DNA of 64,000 nucleotides from Prochlorococcus sp. AG-402-K22 (GTDB lineage Bacteria; Cyanobacteriota; Cyanobacteriia; PCC-6307; Cyanobiaceae). The number at the start of each line of letters is the position of its first letter. The first letter of the stretch is position 1. This document shows positions 50,029-60,774 of this stretch, piece after piece. The stretch lies in the NCBI GenBank assembly GCA_003216755.1, contig QCIJ01000007.1:10190-74189 (forward strand), given 5' to 3'. The notes below the pieces were generated by a model that worked only from the letters and a program-made list of their open reading frames with translations, did no database searches and was not told the DNA's origin. A program made the translations under genes and the position numbers.

Positions 50029-50171
50029 AACTTCAAAATGTTTACCTTAAAATAATAAAATCTAAAAACGTTAAATTAATTTCTTTAAAAACTTTTTCAT
50101 GTAAAATTTTATACTAAATAAAGTAAGAAAATTTTTTTGAGAGCAAATTACTAAAAAACATTTAAAACATT

Positions 50172-50906
50172 GTGACTGATAAATTAAAAAAAGATATCCA
50201 GAATCTTGTTGAGAAGTTTAATTTTGAAGGGGAGAAAAAATTTAAATTAATTGTTTTATTTGGTTTATTAGGAGATTTTGATAGCTTTGAATATGCAATA
50301 AATTTAAAAAACTTCATCGATAATAATGAAGCTGAAAATCTAGATATTTTTGCCCTCGGTATTGGAAACCAAAATGGAAAAGAAAAATTCTGTAACTTCA
50401 CTGGATTTTGTAAAAAAAATTTAATAGTTGTTTCAAATAACCAAATTCATAATCACTTAAAAGTTTCAAAAGGATTAGATATAGGTTTAGGAGGTTGGAT
50501 CAATATGCTATTGATGCTGTCTGGAATAAATTCTTTTAAAACAATAAAAGAAGTTTTTAGAGGTTATACAGGAGACCGTAAAGCAAAGCAAATCTATTCA
50601 GAATTTGACAATATTGACGTTCTTAAATTTATAAAATTTTCAGGTAATAATTTTAGAATGGTTTTCGGGGATGGTTATTTGAGACCATTTGAATTGGCAA
50701 CATTTAGATTGAATAATATGTATGAAATAATCCAAAATTGGGAAGATTACATTCTTGATGAAAAATACCTTCCCCAAAGAGGGGCTTCTTTTTTATTAAA
50801 TGATAAAAATCAAATCATTTATAATTTTTTTTCAAATGATGTGCTTGGATATTCATCAAACATGAGAGATCCTTTAGAATTTTTATCTAATTTAGTTAAA
50901 GAATAG
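50172..50906 (+). CDS. AhpC/TSA-like (peroxiredoxin-fold) conserved protein
   Basis: LGDFDSFEYA, RGYTGD, RPFELAT, QRGASF. Confidence 0.75.
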   Translation: MTDKLKKDIQNLVEKFNFEGEKKFKLIVLFGLLGDFDSFEYAINLKNFIDNNEAENLDIFALGIGNQNGKEKFCNFTGFCKKNLIVVSNNQIHNHLKVSKGLDIGLGGWINMLLMLSGINSFKTIKEVFRGYTGDRKAKQIYSEFDNIDVLKFIKFSGNNFRMVFGDGYLRPFELATFRLNNMYEIIQNWEDYILDEKYLPQRGASFLLNDKNQIIYNFFSNDVLGYSSNMRDPLEFLSNLVKE

Positions 50907-50919
50907 TTTTAGAACTTTT

Positions 50920-51177
50920 ATGAATGTAGAAATATTCGGATATATTGCAGCAATTTTAACAACCGCGGCATTTCTTCCTCAATTGATCAAAACTTTAAAA
51001 ACCAAAAAGGCAGATGATGTGTCTTTGATAACTTTAATTATGTTTATTATCGGTGTTTTGTGTTGGATTATTTACGGTTATAAAATTTCGTCAATCCCAA
51101 TTTTACTAGCTAATTTAATAACCTTAATTTTAAATCTTTTGATATTATTTTCAAAAATATATTTTTCAAAAAGCTAA
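50920..51177 (+). CDS. SemiSWEET/PQ-loop transporter
   Basis: LTTAAFLPQ, CWIIYG, PILLAN; three TM helices. Confidence 0.88.
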   Translation: MNVEIFGYIAAILTTAAFLPQLIKTLKTKKADDVSLITLIMFIIGVLCWIIYGYKISSIPILLANLITLILNLLILFSKIYFSKS

Positions 51178-51201
51178 AGTTAAAGATAATCAATCTATAA
51201 A

Positions 51202-51486
51202 GTGTTAAATTCCCAATACATTTTTTTTATCTTGATTATTATAGTTATAAATTTTCTTATCTTGAAAACTTCAAAATGTTGGGTTTGGTTCAAAGGTAGC
51301 CTTAATAACAGTGGTTATTGGAAAGAAGGTTTTACATGTACTTTTGATGAGAAACCAGGGGTATTTATAGAAAGTCCTGCTTACGTATCTTGTAGAGTTC
51401 CAAACTGGCGAGTCTTGACTAAAGAACCAGAAGATTTAAATAAATCTCCGATAATTCCTGATAATGCAATTTGGAAAATAATTTAA
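51202..51486 (+). CDS. Conserved hypothetical protein
   Basis: CWVWFKG..CRVPNWRV; start uncertain. Confidence 0.65.
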   Translation: MLNSQYIFFILIIIVINFLILKTSKCWVWFKGSLNNSGYWKEGFTCTFDEKPGVFIESPAYVSCRVPNWRVLTKEPEDLNKSPIIPDNAIWKII

Positions 51487-51599
51487 ATTATCAATACAAA
51501 ATTAAAAAACTTTTTTACTGCGCCCCAACAAGTTAATATTGCTTTATTAAATATTGAATTAATAACATCTACTCCCTTTTTATAAATATTATTCCTTTC

Positions 51600-52478
51600 T
51601 TGATTTTTGGATTTTTTCTTGGAAAAAAAAACCCAAAAATTTCTGAATATATTGCAAGGCCTCTAATAAGATTTGGCATTCCACTTAGTGTAATGGGCCT
51701 TTTATTAAAAGAGGGTATAGATATAAACCTCATTAAAAGTGCATTCTTAGCATTTTCCATAATTGGATTTCTAATAGTTCTAATAAATATATGCCCAATT
51801 TTTAAAAAAAGACTTCCAAATTACACCTTGCAGTTGGCAGGACTAATAGGAAATACATCTTTTCTTGGGATACCAATTGCAATGGCACTTCTCCCTTCTA
51901 AAACAATCAATTTTACTATAGGATTTGACTTAGGAACAACACTTTTTGCTTGGATATTTGGACCTTTTTTTCTTCAAGAAAAATCTTTAGACAATAACAT
52001 TCCAAATATCAAAGGATTATTAAATGCATTGATAAATAGTCCTGCCTCAAGAGGGATCATAGGAGTACTCCTGGCATACATTTTTCAAATAGATGGAATA
52101 TTAGGCAATTTTCTTTGGATACCTGCAAGAGTAGTTATTGCTCTGGCAATAATAATTGTGGGGACAAGACTTGGATTAATAACAAATCAAAAGGGTAAAA
52201 TTTTTGATCTTAATGAAGAAATTAAATTCTCTATTTTATTAAAGTTGTTTATTCTTCCTTTTATTATTTTTTTAGTAAGCAAATTATTAAATTTTAACTT
52301 TTATCAATCATCAGCAGTAATTCTTCAGGCAGGTACCCCAACAGCAATATCAACAATTTTAATGGCAGAAGCATATAGAGTAAAACAAAAAATTGCTTCT
52401 AAAATTCTTTTTACTACAACTTTAATTTCAATAATTACAATTCCTATTTTAAAAATCCTAATAAATGCAGTTAATTAA
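51600..52478 (+). CDS. AEC (auxin efflux carrier)-family permease
   Basis: GNTSFLGIP, LQAGTPTA; the open frame extends upstream to 51558. Confidence 0.88.
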   Translation: MIFGFFLGKKNPKISEYIARPLIRFGIPLSVMGLLLKEGIDINLIKSAFLAFSIIGFLIVLINICPIFKKRLPNYTLQLAGLIGNTSFLGIPIAMALLPSKTINFTIGFDLGTTLFAWIFGPFFLQEKSLDNNIPNIKGLLNALINSPASRGIIGVLLAYIFQIDGILGNFLWIPARVVIALAIIIVGTRLGLITNQKGKIFDLNEEIKFSILLKLFILPFIIFLVSKLLNFNFYQSSAVILQAGTPTAISTILMAEAYRVKQKIASKILFTTTLISIITIPILKILINAVN

Positions 52479-52557
52479 AATTTTTAAAACCAGCATGATT
52501 AATGAATATTGTAAAGAAAATATCCTGAAAACTACATAATGTCTTAAGATTTAGTTT

Positions 52558-52809
52558 ATGAAGTCAGCAAACCCAGAAAATGAATATATTCCCTTAGATA
52601 TTAGGATTTCTGTGAGGAGAGATACTCTAAGGCTCATCGCAGAGATGGCGCAGGATATGGGAATAAGCATAAATGAGATTTTTAGTTTTTTAGCTGAAGA
52701 TTCTGTCATTGATCTCGAATTACTTGAAGATTTGAATGGAATTGAAATCCCTAATAAGTGCAGCCTTGATGATCTAAAAAAAGAGCTACTAAAAAAAAGG
52801 CTTTGTTAA
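52558..52809 (+). CDS. Small conserved protein, possibly ribbon-helix-helix-like
   Basis: IRISVRRDTLRLIAEMAQDMGISINEI beta-alpha-alpha-like pattern. Confidence 0.6.
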   Translation: MKSANPENEYIPLDIRISVRRDTLRLIAEMAQDMGISINEIFSFLAEDSVIDLELLEDLNGIEIPNKCSLDDLKKELLKKRLC

Positions 52810-54611
52810 AATTTCTCAACCTGTCTATTCTTCCAATTAGATTTATATCCACTATTAATTAAAAATTCTGAATATTCGTTCAAATCTTTTTTATTTATTC
52901 GCCACAAGTTATATATTCCATATTGCCCCAATTTTTCATGATTAATATTTGACCAATGCGCTTCTTGGGAAGAATATTCGTCTATAACCATCAATAAAGA
53001 TTTGTATTCATAATTAGGCTCATCCTGATAATTTTTTCTCCTATCATTTTTTAGTCTTTCTGTCAGGTTAATTAATCCTTCTTGAGTGTTAGGTTCATAA
53101 AAAACTATTTGTCGAGAATAATAATGTAATGATGGTTTTCTTATCCCAATCATCGATAAGGTTTCCTTTCCTTCGCGAGTATCTAAAATTAATTTTGAGA
53201 TATTCCTTAAAGGTAATTGCCTTGAGTTATCTGCTAATTTTCTGATTGGAGACATCAAAAAATATTGACCAATAAAAAGTAAAATTTGGAGATAAAGAAA
53301 TATATTTTTGGATTTTAAAGAAAATAAAATTATTGCAAAAAGTGTGAATAAAGAGAAGAACGATTTGGCTTTAAAAATTATTCCAGAGCTTAACAATTCA
53401 GATGCAAGATTAGGCATCTCAGGATCATTTATTGAACCTAACCAAAGATTTGAGAAAAAGAATGCTATTGCCACTCCGAAAAAAATAAAAATATTAAAAA
53501 TCCATAAATACAAATAAGTTTTATTTGTATTTTTTAAGCTTATAAAGCTATTACTGATTAGAATCGCCGCTGCGGGAATTGCTGGCAACCAATAGCTTGG
53601 CAGTTTCGTTGCAGAAATACTAAAGAAAATTAAAACTGCTGATAGCCAGCATAGAGAATATGTATAAAGGCTATCAGAGACACCAAAACTCTCTTTTAAA
53701 CTTTTCAAGAACTCCTCAAAGGCTTTAAATATTCCGTGATACAAAAAAGGGGTAAATGGTAACGAAGCCAGAATCATTATGTAAAGAAAAAACCATATCG
53801 GTTCTGAATGATTATTAACAACAGATGTATATCTTTGAAAGTTATGATAACCAAAAAAGTTGTTCCAAAAAGGCTTTCCTTCTTTTAATAATTCTAAGAC
53901 GTACCATGGAACACTTATTAGAATTGTTGTTAAAAAACCTTGCTTAGGGTTTATCTTGCAAAGCAAACTTCTCCAATCTTTCTGAATAATTAAAAAAAAT
54001 GTGATAGTCAATGTTGCCAACACAAATGCAACAGGTCCTTTAGTTAAAATTGCAAAACCCAAAAATGCCCATGCTGAAATACATTTATCGTTATTTTCAC
54101 TTGCCATTCTTCTCCAAAACAAAAGGAGACTGATCCCTAAAGTTCCCGTCAAAAGAGCGTCACTTACAGCAGTTCTACTCCAGATGATTATTAAAGGAGA
54201 TAGAGCGAACCCTAGTGATGCCACTATTGGAGTAAGAAATTGCTTATCACCTTTCTGCGGCCAACAAAACAACGTATCTGCAATCATCAACATTAAAAAT
54301 AGTGATCCCAAAGATGAAGGGAGTCTTGCAGAAAGAGTCCCTAAACTATCCCAGATCTCAATTCTAGGTAATGAGTAAAAAAAACCCATTAGCCAATAGA
54401 TTAGTGGAGGTTTATCAAAACGGAATATGCCATTGACTTTTGGAGTTAACCAATCACCAGATTCACTCATTGCTCTTGCTGCAGCTGCAAATAAAGGGGG
54501 AGTTTCATCCACCAGTCCTGTTGTCCCTAAATCCAAAATAAATATAATGATCCCAAAGATTAAAACTATCAATAAAGTTAAAAGCCTTTTTTTTGAGTTA
54601 AGAAGAATCAT
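52806..54611 (-). CDS. ArnT/PMT-family (GT39/GT83) membrane glycosyltransferase
   Basis: LVDETP, RFDKPPLIYW, ARLPS, LTKGP, TKLPSY. Confidence 0.9.
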   Translation of the reverse strand: MILLNSKKRLLTLLIVLIFGIIIFILDLGTTGLVDETPPLFAAAARAMSESGDWLTPKVNGIFRFDKPPLIYWLMGFFYSLPRIEIWDSLGTLSARLPSSLGSLFLMLMIADTLFCWPQKGDKQFLTPIVASLGFALSPLIIIWSRTAVSDALLTGTLGISLLLFWRRMASENNDKCISAWAFLGFAILTKGPVAFVLATLTITFFLIIQKDWRSLLCKINPKQGFLTTILISVPWYVLELLKEGKPFWNNFFGYHNFQRYTSVVNNHSEPIWFFLYIMILASLPFTPFLYHGIFKAFEEFLKSLKESFGVSDSLYTYSLCWLSAVLIFFSISATKLPSYWLPAIPAAAILISNSFISLKNTNKTYLYLWIFNIFIFFGVAIAFFFSNLWLGSINDPEMPNLASELLSSGIIFKAKSFFSLFTLFAIILFSLKSKNIFLYLQILLFIGQYFLMSPIRKLADNSRQLPLRNISKLILDTREGKETLSMIGIRKPSLHYYSRQIVFYEPNTQEGLINLTERLKNDRRKNYQDEPNYEYKSLLMVIDEYSSQEAHWSNINHEKLGQYGIYNLWRINKKDLNEYSEFLINSGYKSNWKNRQVEKF

Positions 54612-54624
54612 TTACTAAATTATT

Positions 54625-55701
54625 TTACTTATATTCACTGATTACCTTATTAAGCCAGTTCACAACCTTGTTAGCAAATATCTCTGTAGAAGCATTTTTT
54701 TCTACCCATTCTCTACATTTTTTGCGCTTTATATTTTCAATAATCTCTACATAAGAAAGCATTGTTTTTTTATCATCGGGATCTGCAAGATATCCTGTTT
54801 TACCATGCTGAATAATTTCACTAGGTCCACCTCTTCTATAAGCTATAACAGGCACTCCACAGGCTAAAGCTTCTACAATAACGTTCCCATATGCTTCATT
54901 CCATTTCGGGGTGTTTAGCAAAACCCTACATTTACCAAGTTCTTTTTGTAATTCATCGGTCGATAAAAAACCCATCCAATCTATAGTTCCTCGAGGATAT
55001 GATTGTTCTATTTTTGAGGCGTAATTCTCATCTTCTATGAATCCCCAAACATTTAGTTTTTCGCCAAGTTTATTTGCTACATAAACTGCATCTTCTAAAC
55101 CTTTTTCCGGAGCCACTCTTCCAACCCAACCCAATGGTCCCTCCATTGAGTCTTGAAAAATATAATTGGCTAATTTAAACCCATTCCCAATTATTATTGG
55201 TTTTTTTATGAATGGATAATCATTGGCTTGTATTTTTGAATGAAAAGCAAAATTATATGGATATTTTGTATATACCTTTGAGATTAAATTACTTATTACT
55301 GAACTTTCAGAGCCCATACTTATTAGGTGGGCAATAGGGATATCTGCATTTAATGTCATCCAAATAGGCAACCAATCATAAGACATGTTTAACAACACAT
55401 CTGCTTTTTTGGCAATATCTAATCCTTTTTCAAGCATTCCTGCTAGAAGCGAATTATCAGGAATACTTACAGGAGAATTGTAATTTTGATGTTGCCAACT
55501 TACTTGATCTTCACCCTCTACAAAATGTAATTTTGCTTTCTCATTAATTCCGTATAACTTAGAATTTTTAGGAGCTATCACTTCCACCGAATGACCTAAA
55601 GAAAGTAAACCTGAAACTAACGAATTCAGAGTTAATTCAACTCCTCCACCCTTGCCACTTCCCAGGAAACCTATTGGAGTACTAATCAAAACTATTCTCA
55701 T
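54625..55701 (-). CDS. GT4 family glycosyltransferase
   Basis: GGGVE, GRVAPEKG, EAYGNVIVEALACGVPV. Confidence 0.92.
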   Translation of the reverse strand: MRIVLISTPIGFLGSGKGGGVELTLNSLVSGLLSLGHSVEVIAPKNSKLYGINEKAKLHFVEGEDQVSWQHQNYNSPVSIPDNSLLAGMLEKGLDIAKKADVLLNMSYDWLPIWMTLNADIPIAHLISMGSESSVISNLISKVYTKYPYNFAFHSKIQANDYPFIKKPIIIGNGFKLANYIFQDSMEGPLGWVGRVAPEKGLEDAVYVANKLGEKLNVWGFIEDENYASKIEQSYPRGTIDWMGFLSTDELQKELGKCRVLLNTPKWNEAYGNVIVEALACGVPVIAYRRGGPSEIIQHGKTGYLADPDDKKTMLSYVEIIENIKRKKCREWVEKNASTEIFANKVVNWLNKVISEYK

Positions 55702-55729
55702 TATTAGACTTTTTACACTCAGAAACTAA

Positions 55730-56671
55730 CTAAATATTAGTTTCAGTAATTTTATTTTCCCATAATGACCTTCTCTGGCTAACAAAAAATACCGAGATAA
55801 GAACAAAAACTACTCCTATCCATTGAATAATACTAAGCCTTTCATCTAACCAAATGCCTCCACTTAAAAGAGCAAATACAGGTGTTAAAAATGCAAGGGT
55901 ACTAAAGCCAGTTATTTCTTTATTATTTGCAAAGTAGAAAAACAATCCATAAGCTATTGCTCCTCCAAAGATACTTGCAAATGACATAAGACCCCAATCA
56001 AATATTGACCAATTTGGGATTATTTGAAAATTTGACTGTAAGCAATACTTCATAATTAAGGGCACACTTCCTAAAACCATGTGCCATCCAGTAACTGCAA
56101 CTGGATCACTTTTAGTACAGGTGAATCTTATTAAAATTGTTCCTAATGCCATAGCCAGAGAAGCCGCAAGCATCCAAAGTTCTCCAAAGTTAAAGGTCAC
56201 ATCACTCATAGCCTTATCAGACATAAGCCACCAATTTTCTAAAAATTCTTGAGGGAAGCCTAAGAATATAATTCCTCCCAAGCCAAAAAGTAAGCCTAAC
56301 CACCCTATTGGATTAATTAAATTTCCAAAAATTGCCCTTGCTAAAATTGCTACCAAAAGGGGTTGAGAATCAATCAATACAGACCCGAGACCTGCGCCAG
56401 TTTCTGCAATCCCATATGTTAGAAACAACTGAAAAAAAGTAGCATCGACAATTGTAAAAACAAAAAACCACTTCAAATCGCACTTATAAATTTTTAAATC
56501 TCTTCTTAACAAATATGTTGTTATTAGAACAAGAATTCCTGCAGGGAGTAATCTCAAAGAAGCCACTAACTCAGGGCCAGCACTAGATACTAAAGGAGTC
56601 ATAGCGGCCATAGAAGTCCCCCAAAGTGCGAATGGAAGTATCATTAAAAACCAATTTAGGATTGAATTCAT
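55730..56671 (-). CDS. DMT/EamA transporter
   Basis: LWGTS, about ten TM helices, FLTPVFA. Confidence 0.9.
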   Translation of the reverse strand: MNSILNWFLMILPFALWGTSMAAMTPLVSSAGPELVASLRLLPAGILVLITTYLLRRDLKIYKCDLKWFFVFTIVDATFFQLFLTYGIAETGAGLGSVLIDSQPLLVAILARAIFGNLINPIGWLGLLFGLGGIIFLGFPQEFLENWWLMSDKAMSDVTFNFGELWMLAASLAMALGTILIRFTCTKSDPVAVTGWHMVLGSVPLIMKYCLQSNFQIIPNWSIFDWGLMSFASIFGGAIAYGLFFYFANNKEITGFSTLAFLTPVFALLSGGIWLDERLSIIQWIGVVFVLISVFFVSQRRSLWENKITETNI

Positions 56672-56723
56672 TAGGTCTGCTGATAATCTTTTTAAAGTAG
56701 TTTTATGTTTTTACCTAAAAAGA

Positions 56724-57533
56724 ATGATTTGGCCTTTTAGACGAAAGTCAAAAAAAAGAATGGCTCGTATTTTAATTAATGAGCCTATTACAAGTTCTAC
56801 AAGAGTTTCTGTCCTTAAAGCTCTTAAACAAATAGAGGATAGAGAATTTCCTGCATTAATCGTGAGAATTGATTCTCCAGGAGGAACTGTTGGGGATAGC
56901 CAAGAAATATACTCTGCTATTAAAAGACTAAAAGATAAGGGATGTAAAGTCATTGCTAGTTTTGGGAACATATCAGCATCTGGTGGTGTTTATATTGGTG
57001 TTGCATCTGACAAAATAGTTGCGAATCCTGGCACAATTACTGGGTCCATTGGAGTAATTATAAGAGGAAATAACTTATCTGAATTGTTGGACAAAATTGG
57101 GATAAAATTCGAGACTGTTAAAAGCGGCGTATTTAAAGATATTCTCTCTCCAGATAAACCTTTAAGTGAAGAAGGTAGAGGACTTCTTCAAGGCCTTATA
57201 GATGAGAGCTACAGACAATTTACCGAAGCTGTTGCTGAAGGGAGAAATTTACCTGTTGAAGAAGTAAGAAAATTTGCCGATGGAAGAATTTTTACTGGAA
57301 CACAAGCAAAAGAACTAGGTCTTGTTGATGAAGTTGGAGATGAATTTGTTGCCAGGGAACTTGCTGCAAAAATGGTTAATATTGATCCTAAGATTGAACC
57401 CTTAACATTTGGAAAGAAAAAAAAGAAAATACTTGGACTAATTCCTGGAGGTAAAATTATTCAAAAAGTTATTAATAATATCATTTTTGAGATTGATTCA
57501 TCTAATAAAATACTTTGGTTATATAAACCCTAA
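56724..57533 (+). CDS. sppA: Signal peptide peptidase SppA
   Basis: RIDSPGG, SASGGVY, TGSIGV, DGRIFTG. Confidence 0.95.
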   Translation: MIWPFRRKSKKRMARILINEPITSSTRVSVLKALKQIEDREFPALIVRIDSPGGTVGDSQEIYSAIKRLKDKGCKVIASFGNISASGGVYIGVASDKIVANPGTITGSIGVIIRGNNLSELLDKIGIKFETVKSGVFKDILSPDKPLSEEGRGLLQGLIDESYRQFTEAVAEGRNLPVEEVRKFADGRIFTGTQAKELGLVDEVGDEFVARELAAKMVNIDPKIEPLTFGKKKKKILGLIPGGKIIQKVINNIIFEIDSSNKILWLYKP

Positions 57534-57539
57534 ATCAAC

Positions 57540-57923
57540 ATGGACGAAACAATAAAAGATAATTATAAAATTACATTTATTCGAGGAGCTACTACAGCAA
57601 ATGGTAATTCTTTTAAAGAAATAGAGGTTGCCGTGGTTGAATTAATAGATGAATTAATTTCACGCAACAACCTAATTAAAACAAACTTATTATCAATTAC
57701 ATTCACCTCAACAAAAGATTTAGATGCATGTTTCCCTGCTTCAATCGCAAGGAAATGTAACGGACTTGATGCAGTAGCTTTTTTAGACTGTCAACAAATG
57801 TATGTATCTAACGATATAGATTTTTGTATAAGAATAATGGCACAAGTTTTATTACCGCCAAATAATCCCATAAATCATCCTTATTTAAGAGGTGCTTCAA
57901 AATTAAGGACAGATAGATGTTAA
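57540..57923 (+). CDS. aroH: AroH-type chorismate mutase
   Basis: IRGATT, DLDACFPA, YLRGASKLR. Confidence 0.93.
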   Translation: MDETIKDNYKITFIRGATTANGNSFKEIEVAVVELIDELISRNNLIKTNLLSITFTSTKDLDACFPASIARKCNGLDAVAFLDCQQMYVSNDIDFCIRIMAQVLLPPNNPINHPYLRGASKLRTDRC

Positions 57924-57991
57924 CCTTATTAAACAATTTTCCACTTTAAATTTGGGTACACCTTATTAATCCCTCAAAATTTATTTAATCA

Positions 57992-58573
57992 ATGTTAAAA
58001 AAAACAAAGAAACTTATTTTAAATTTTAGGATATTAAAATTTTTTCTTATCCCTACAATTTTATTTTCAGTTCCAATTTTTAATAAACTCCAAGATGTTA
58101 AAGCTGGGTTAGAATTCCAGTGGGATCAAAACTCTGGGTTCAGAAGATTAAAGTGGTTTCAAAAAGAAAACAGAAGCAAATTTAGAAATACAATTTATTT
58201 TTTCTTGAGGCCATCTGACAGAAAAAACGATCTTTTAAAAATAAATTTAGCAATCCCTAAGACATTTAAAGGGACTCTAGATAAAGAAAAAATAAGTCTT
58301 TGCAAGGTAAAAATAGGTGGTTTTGAAGGTCGTACTAAATGTTTAGAGGATATTGCATCCGATATTGAAATCAAAACTGATGAATCATCCTTACGTTCAT
58401 TTAACATTTACCCTTACAGCCCAATCCCTTCTAACAAAGAAAGTTATGCCATTGTATTAAAAAAAATAATTAATCCAAAAAGATCGGGACTATATCAATT
58501 CCATTCATACGGTCAACCAAAAGGGAAATCAGTTTCAAGTTATTTAGGAAGCTGGACCATAGTGATCGATTAA
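57992..58573 (+). CDS. DUF2808-like exported protein
   Basis: Signal-like N-terminus, NPKRSGLYQF, YLGSW; usual position upstream of rpmH. Confidence 0.75.
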   Translation: MLKKTKKLILNFRILKFFLIPTILFSVPIFNKLQDVKAGLEFQWDQNSGFRRLKWFQKENRSKFRNTIYFFLRPSDRKNDLLKINLAIPKTFKGTLDKEKISLCKVKIGGFEGRTKCLEDIASDIEIKTDESSLRSFNIYPYSPIPSNKESYAIVLKKIINPKRSGLYQFHSYGQPKGKSVSSYLGSWTIVID

Positions 58574-58603
58574 ATGATAAATTAATAAAGTGTAATTAAA
58601 AAA

Positions 58604-58741
58604 ATGACTAAAAGAACTTTTGGCGGAACTTCAAGAAAAAGAAAACGTGTATCAGGTTTTAGAGTAAGAATGCGTTCTCATACTGGTAGAAGAGTTATTA
58701 AGAGCAGAAGGCAAAAAGGTAGAGAAAGAATAGCTGTCTAA
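58604..58741 (+). CDS. rpmH: 50S ribosomal protein L34
   Basis: Manual translation [45 protein letters not shown]. Confidence 0.97.
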
Positions 58742-58753
58742 CTAAAAAATTAA

Positions 58754-59140
58754 ATGGCCTTGCCTAAAGATATGCGTTTAAAGGGTCATAGGACTTTCAA
58801 TTATATTCATAAAAATTCCATAAAATATCATGGAAAATTAATGACATTTAAAGTGGCAAAATCAAATCCCAAAATCCTCCTATCTCATAAATGCACAAAT
58901 TCCTCAAACAATTTTAGGGTTGCAATTGCTATCAGCAAAAAAGTTTCAAAAAAAGCTGTAGAAAGAAATAAATTAAGAAGAATTCTTCAAGAGTGGTTAT
59001 TAACAAATATTCAAAAAATTAATAACCACAAACCTTATTGGTTAATTGTTAACCTTAAATTTGGAGATTTCTGCAATGATAAAAATAAACTTTTGGAGGA
59101 ATTTCAAAACTTAATGTTCAAATCTCGTCTAATCAAATGA
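58754..59140 (+). CDS. rnpA: RNase P protein component
   Basis: ISKKVSKKAVERNKLRR. Confidence 0.95.
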   Translation: MALPKDMRLKGHRTFNYIHKNSIKYHGKLMTFKVAKSNPKILLSHKCTNSSNNFRVAIAISKKVSKKAVERNKLRRILQEWLLTNIQKINNHKPYWLIVNLKFGDFCNDKNKLLEEFQNLMFKSRLIK

Positions 59141-59550
59141 TTAACATGAATGAAGAAACCTTTTATGAAGGTGGTCCTGCCAAAAGTGATTTAATAATAA
59201 ATCTACTAGCAGGCATAACTATTCTCGGTTTGCCATTTACCTTTGCTGCAATAGTTAGAGCATTGTGGTTAAGATATAAAATTACAAACAAAAGAATCTC
59301 AATAGATGGTGGGTGGTTTGGCAAAAACAAAACACAGGTATCATTGAGTAACATCGAAGAAATTAGATCTATTCCTAGGGGATTTGGATCATACGGTGAT
59401 ATGGTTCTTATTCTTAATGACGGGTCCAAGGTTGAAATGAAATCATTACCTTTATTCAGAGAAAAGCAAAAATTTATTGAAGAAAATATAAATAAAAGGT
59501 CACAAATTACAAATCTCAACGAGGTAGAGGGATTTGCTGCTAAATCCTAA
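59137..59550 (+). CDS. Bacterial PH-domain membrane protein
   Basis: YEGGP, LRYKITNKRI; between rnpA and yidC. Confidence 0.85.
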   Translation: MINMNEETFYEGGPAKSDLIINLLAGITILGLPFTFAAIVRALWLRYKITNKRISIDGGWFGKNKTQVSLSNIEEIRSIPRGFGSYGDMVLILNDGSKVEMKSLPLFREKQKFIEENINKRSQITNLNEVEGFAAKS

Positions 59551-59622
59551 ATAAATTAGTTACAAAAACCTTTTTTTCCTGTAAAATAAAATGTCTAGCA
59601 AAATTACTCCCTCTTTAATATC

Positions 59623-60765
59623 GTGATAGGGTTCATTTCTGAAAAACTACTTATCCCGATTCTAGATTTTTTCTACGGTTTAGTCCCTAGTTATGGTTTG
59701 GCAATTGTTGCATTAACAGTTGTAATTAGAATTGCACTTTTCCCTCTAAGCGCTGGTTCGATTAGAAGTGCAAGAAGAATGAAGATTGCTCAACCAGTAA
59801 TGCAAAAAAGGCAAGCAGAAATAAAATCTAAGTTTTCAGGTGATCCAAAGAAACAGCAAGAAGAATTAGGAAAACTAATGAATGAGTTTGGCAGTCCTCT
59901 GGCAGGTTGCCTTCCATTGATTGTTCAAATGCCAGTATTATTTGCATTGTTTGCAACATTAAGAGGTTCACCATTTGCTGATGTTCCTTACAACATAAAC
60001 CTTAAAGTTGTTCCTCAGGATCAAATTGCAGCTATTGATCCAAAACCCTATAAATCCCCAAGGCACTCTATATTCATTACAGAAAAATCTCATTTTCCTG
60101 TAATAGCTTCCATCCCTAATGGAACAAAATTAGGAACAGAAGAATCAATAAAAATAAATTTGCAAACAACAAATGGGAATAGCTATTCAGAAGTTTTATC
60201 AAAATACGATAATGGATCAAAGTTTCTTCCTACATGGAAGGTTTCAAAAGGATCTGAAAATTTAAAAGTTTCCCAAGATGGAATAGTAACTGCAATTAAA
60301 CCTGGTGATGCAACAATTGAGGCAAAAATTCCTGGTTTAGCGGCTAAAAGCGGTTTTCTTTTTATAAAGGCTCTTGGTCAGGTTGGCTTTTATGTAGATG
60401 GTGCAATTAACTGGGATATTGCAGCACTTGTTGGTGCCTTTGGATTAACTCTACTTCTCTCTCAACTTTTGTCTAGTCAGGGTATGCCTGCAAATCCACA
60501 GCAATCAACAGCCAATAAAATTACACCAGTCATGATTACTGGCATGTTTTTGTTCTTCCCTCTACCAGCGGGAGTATTACTTTATATGGTTGTTGCAAAC
60601 ATATTCCAGGCATTTCAGACATTTCTTCTCAACAAAGAAGCTCTTCCTGAGAATCTGCAGAAAATTTTGGATCAACAAATATCAGCCAAAAATGAAGTAA
60701 TAACAACTTCTGCTTCAACTGTTTCGGATAAAAGATTACCTTTTGAGCCAAATAGCAAAAAATAG
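59623..60765 (+). CDS. yidC: Membrane insertase YidC
   Basis: [26 protein letters not shown]. Confidence 0.96.
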   Translation: MIGFISEKLLIPILDFFYGLVPSYGLAIVALTVVIRIALFPLSAGSIRSARRMKIAQPVMQKRQAEIKSKFSGDPKKQQEELGKLMNEFGSPLAGCLPLIVQMPVLFALFATLRGSPFADVPYNINLKVVPQDQIAAIDPKPYKSPRHSIFITEKSHFPVIASIPNGTKLGTEESIKINLQTTNGNSYSEVLSKYDNGSKFLPTWKVSKGSENLKVSQDGIVTAIKPGDATIEAKIPGLAAKSGFLFIKALGQVGFYVDGAINWDIAALVGAFGLTLLLSQLLSSQGMPANPQQSTANKITPVMITGMFLFFPLPAGVLLYMVVANIFQAFQTFLLNKEALPENLQKILDQQISAKNEVITTSASTVSDKRLPFEPNSKK

Positions 60766-60774
60766 TTCCTAATA

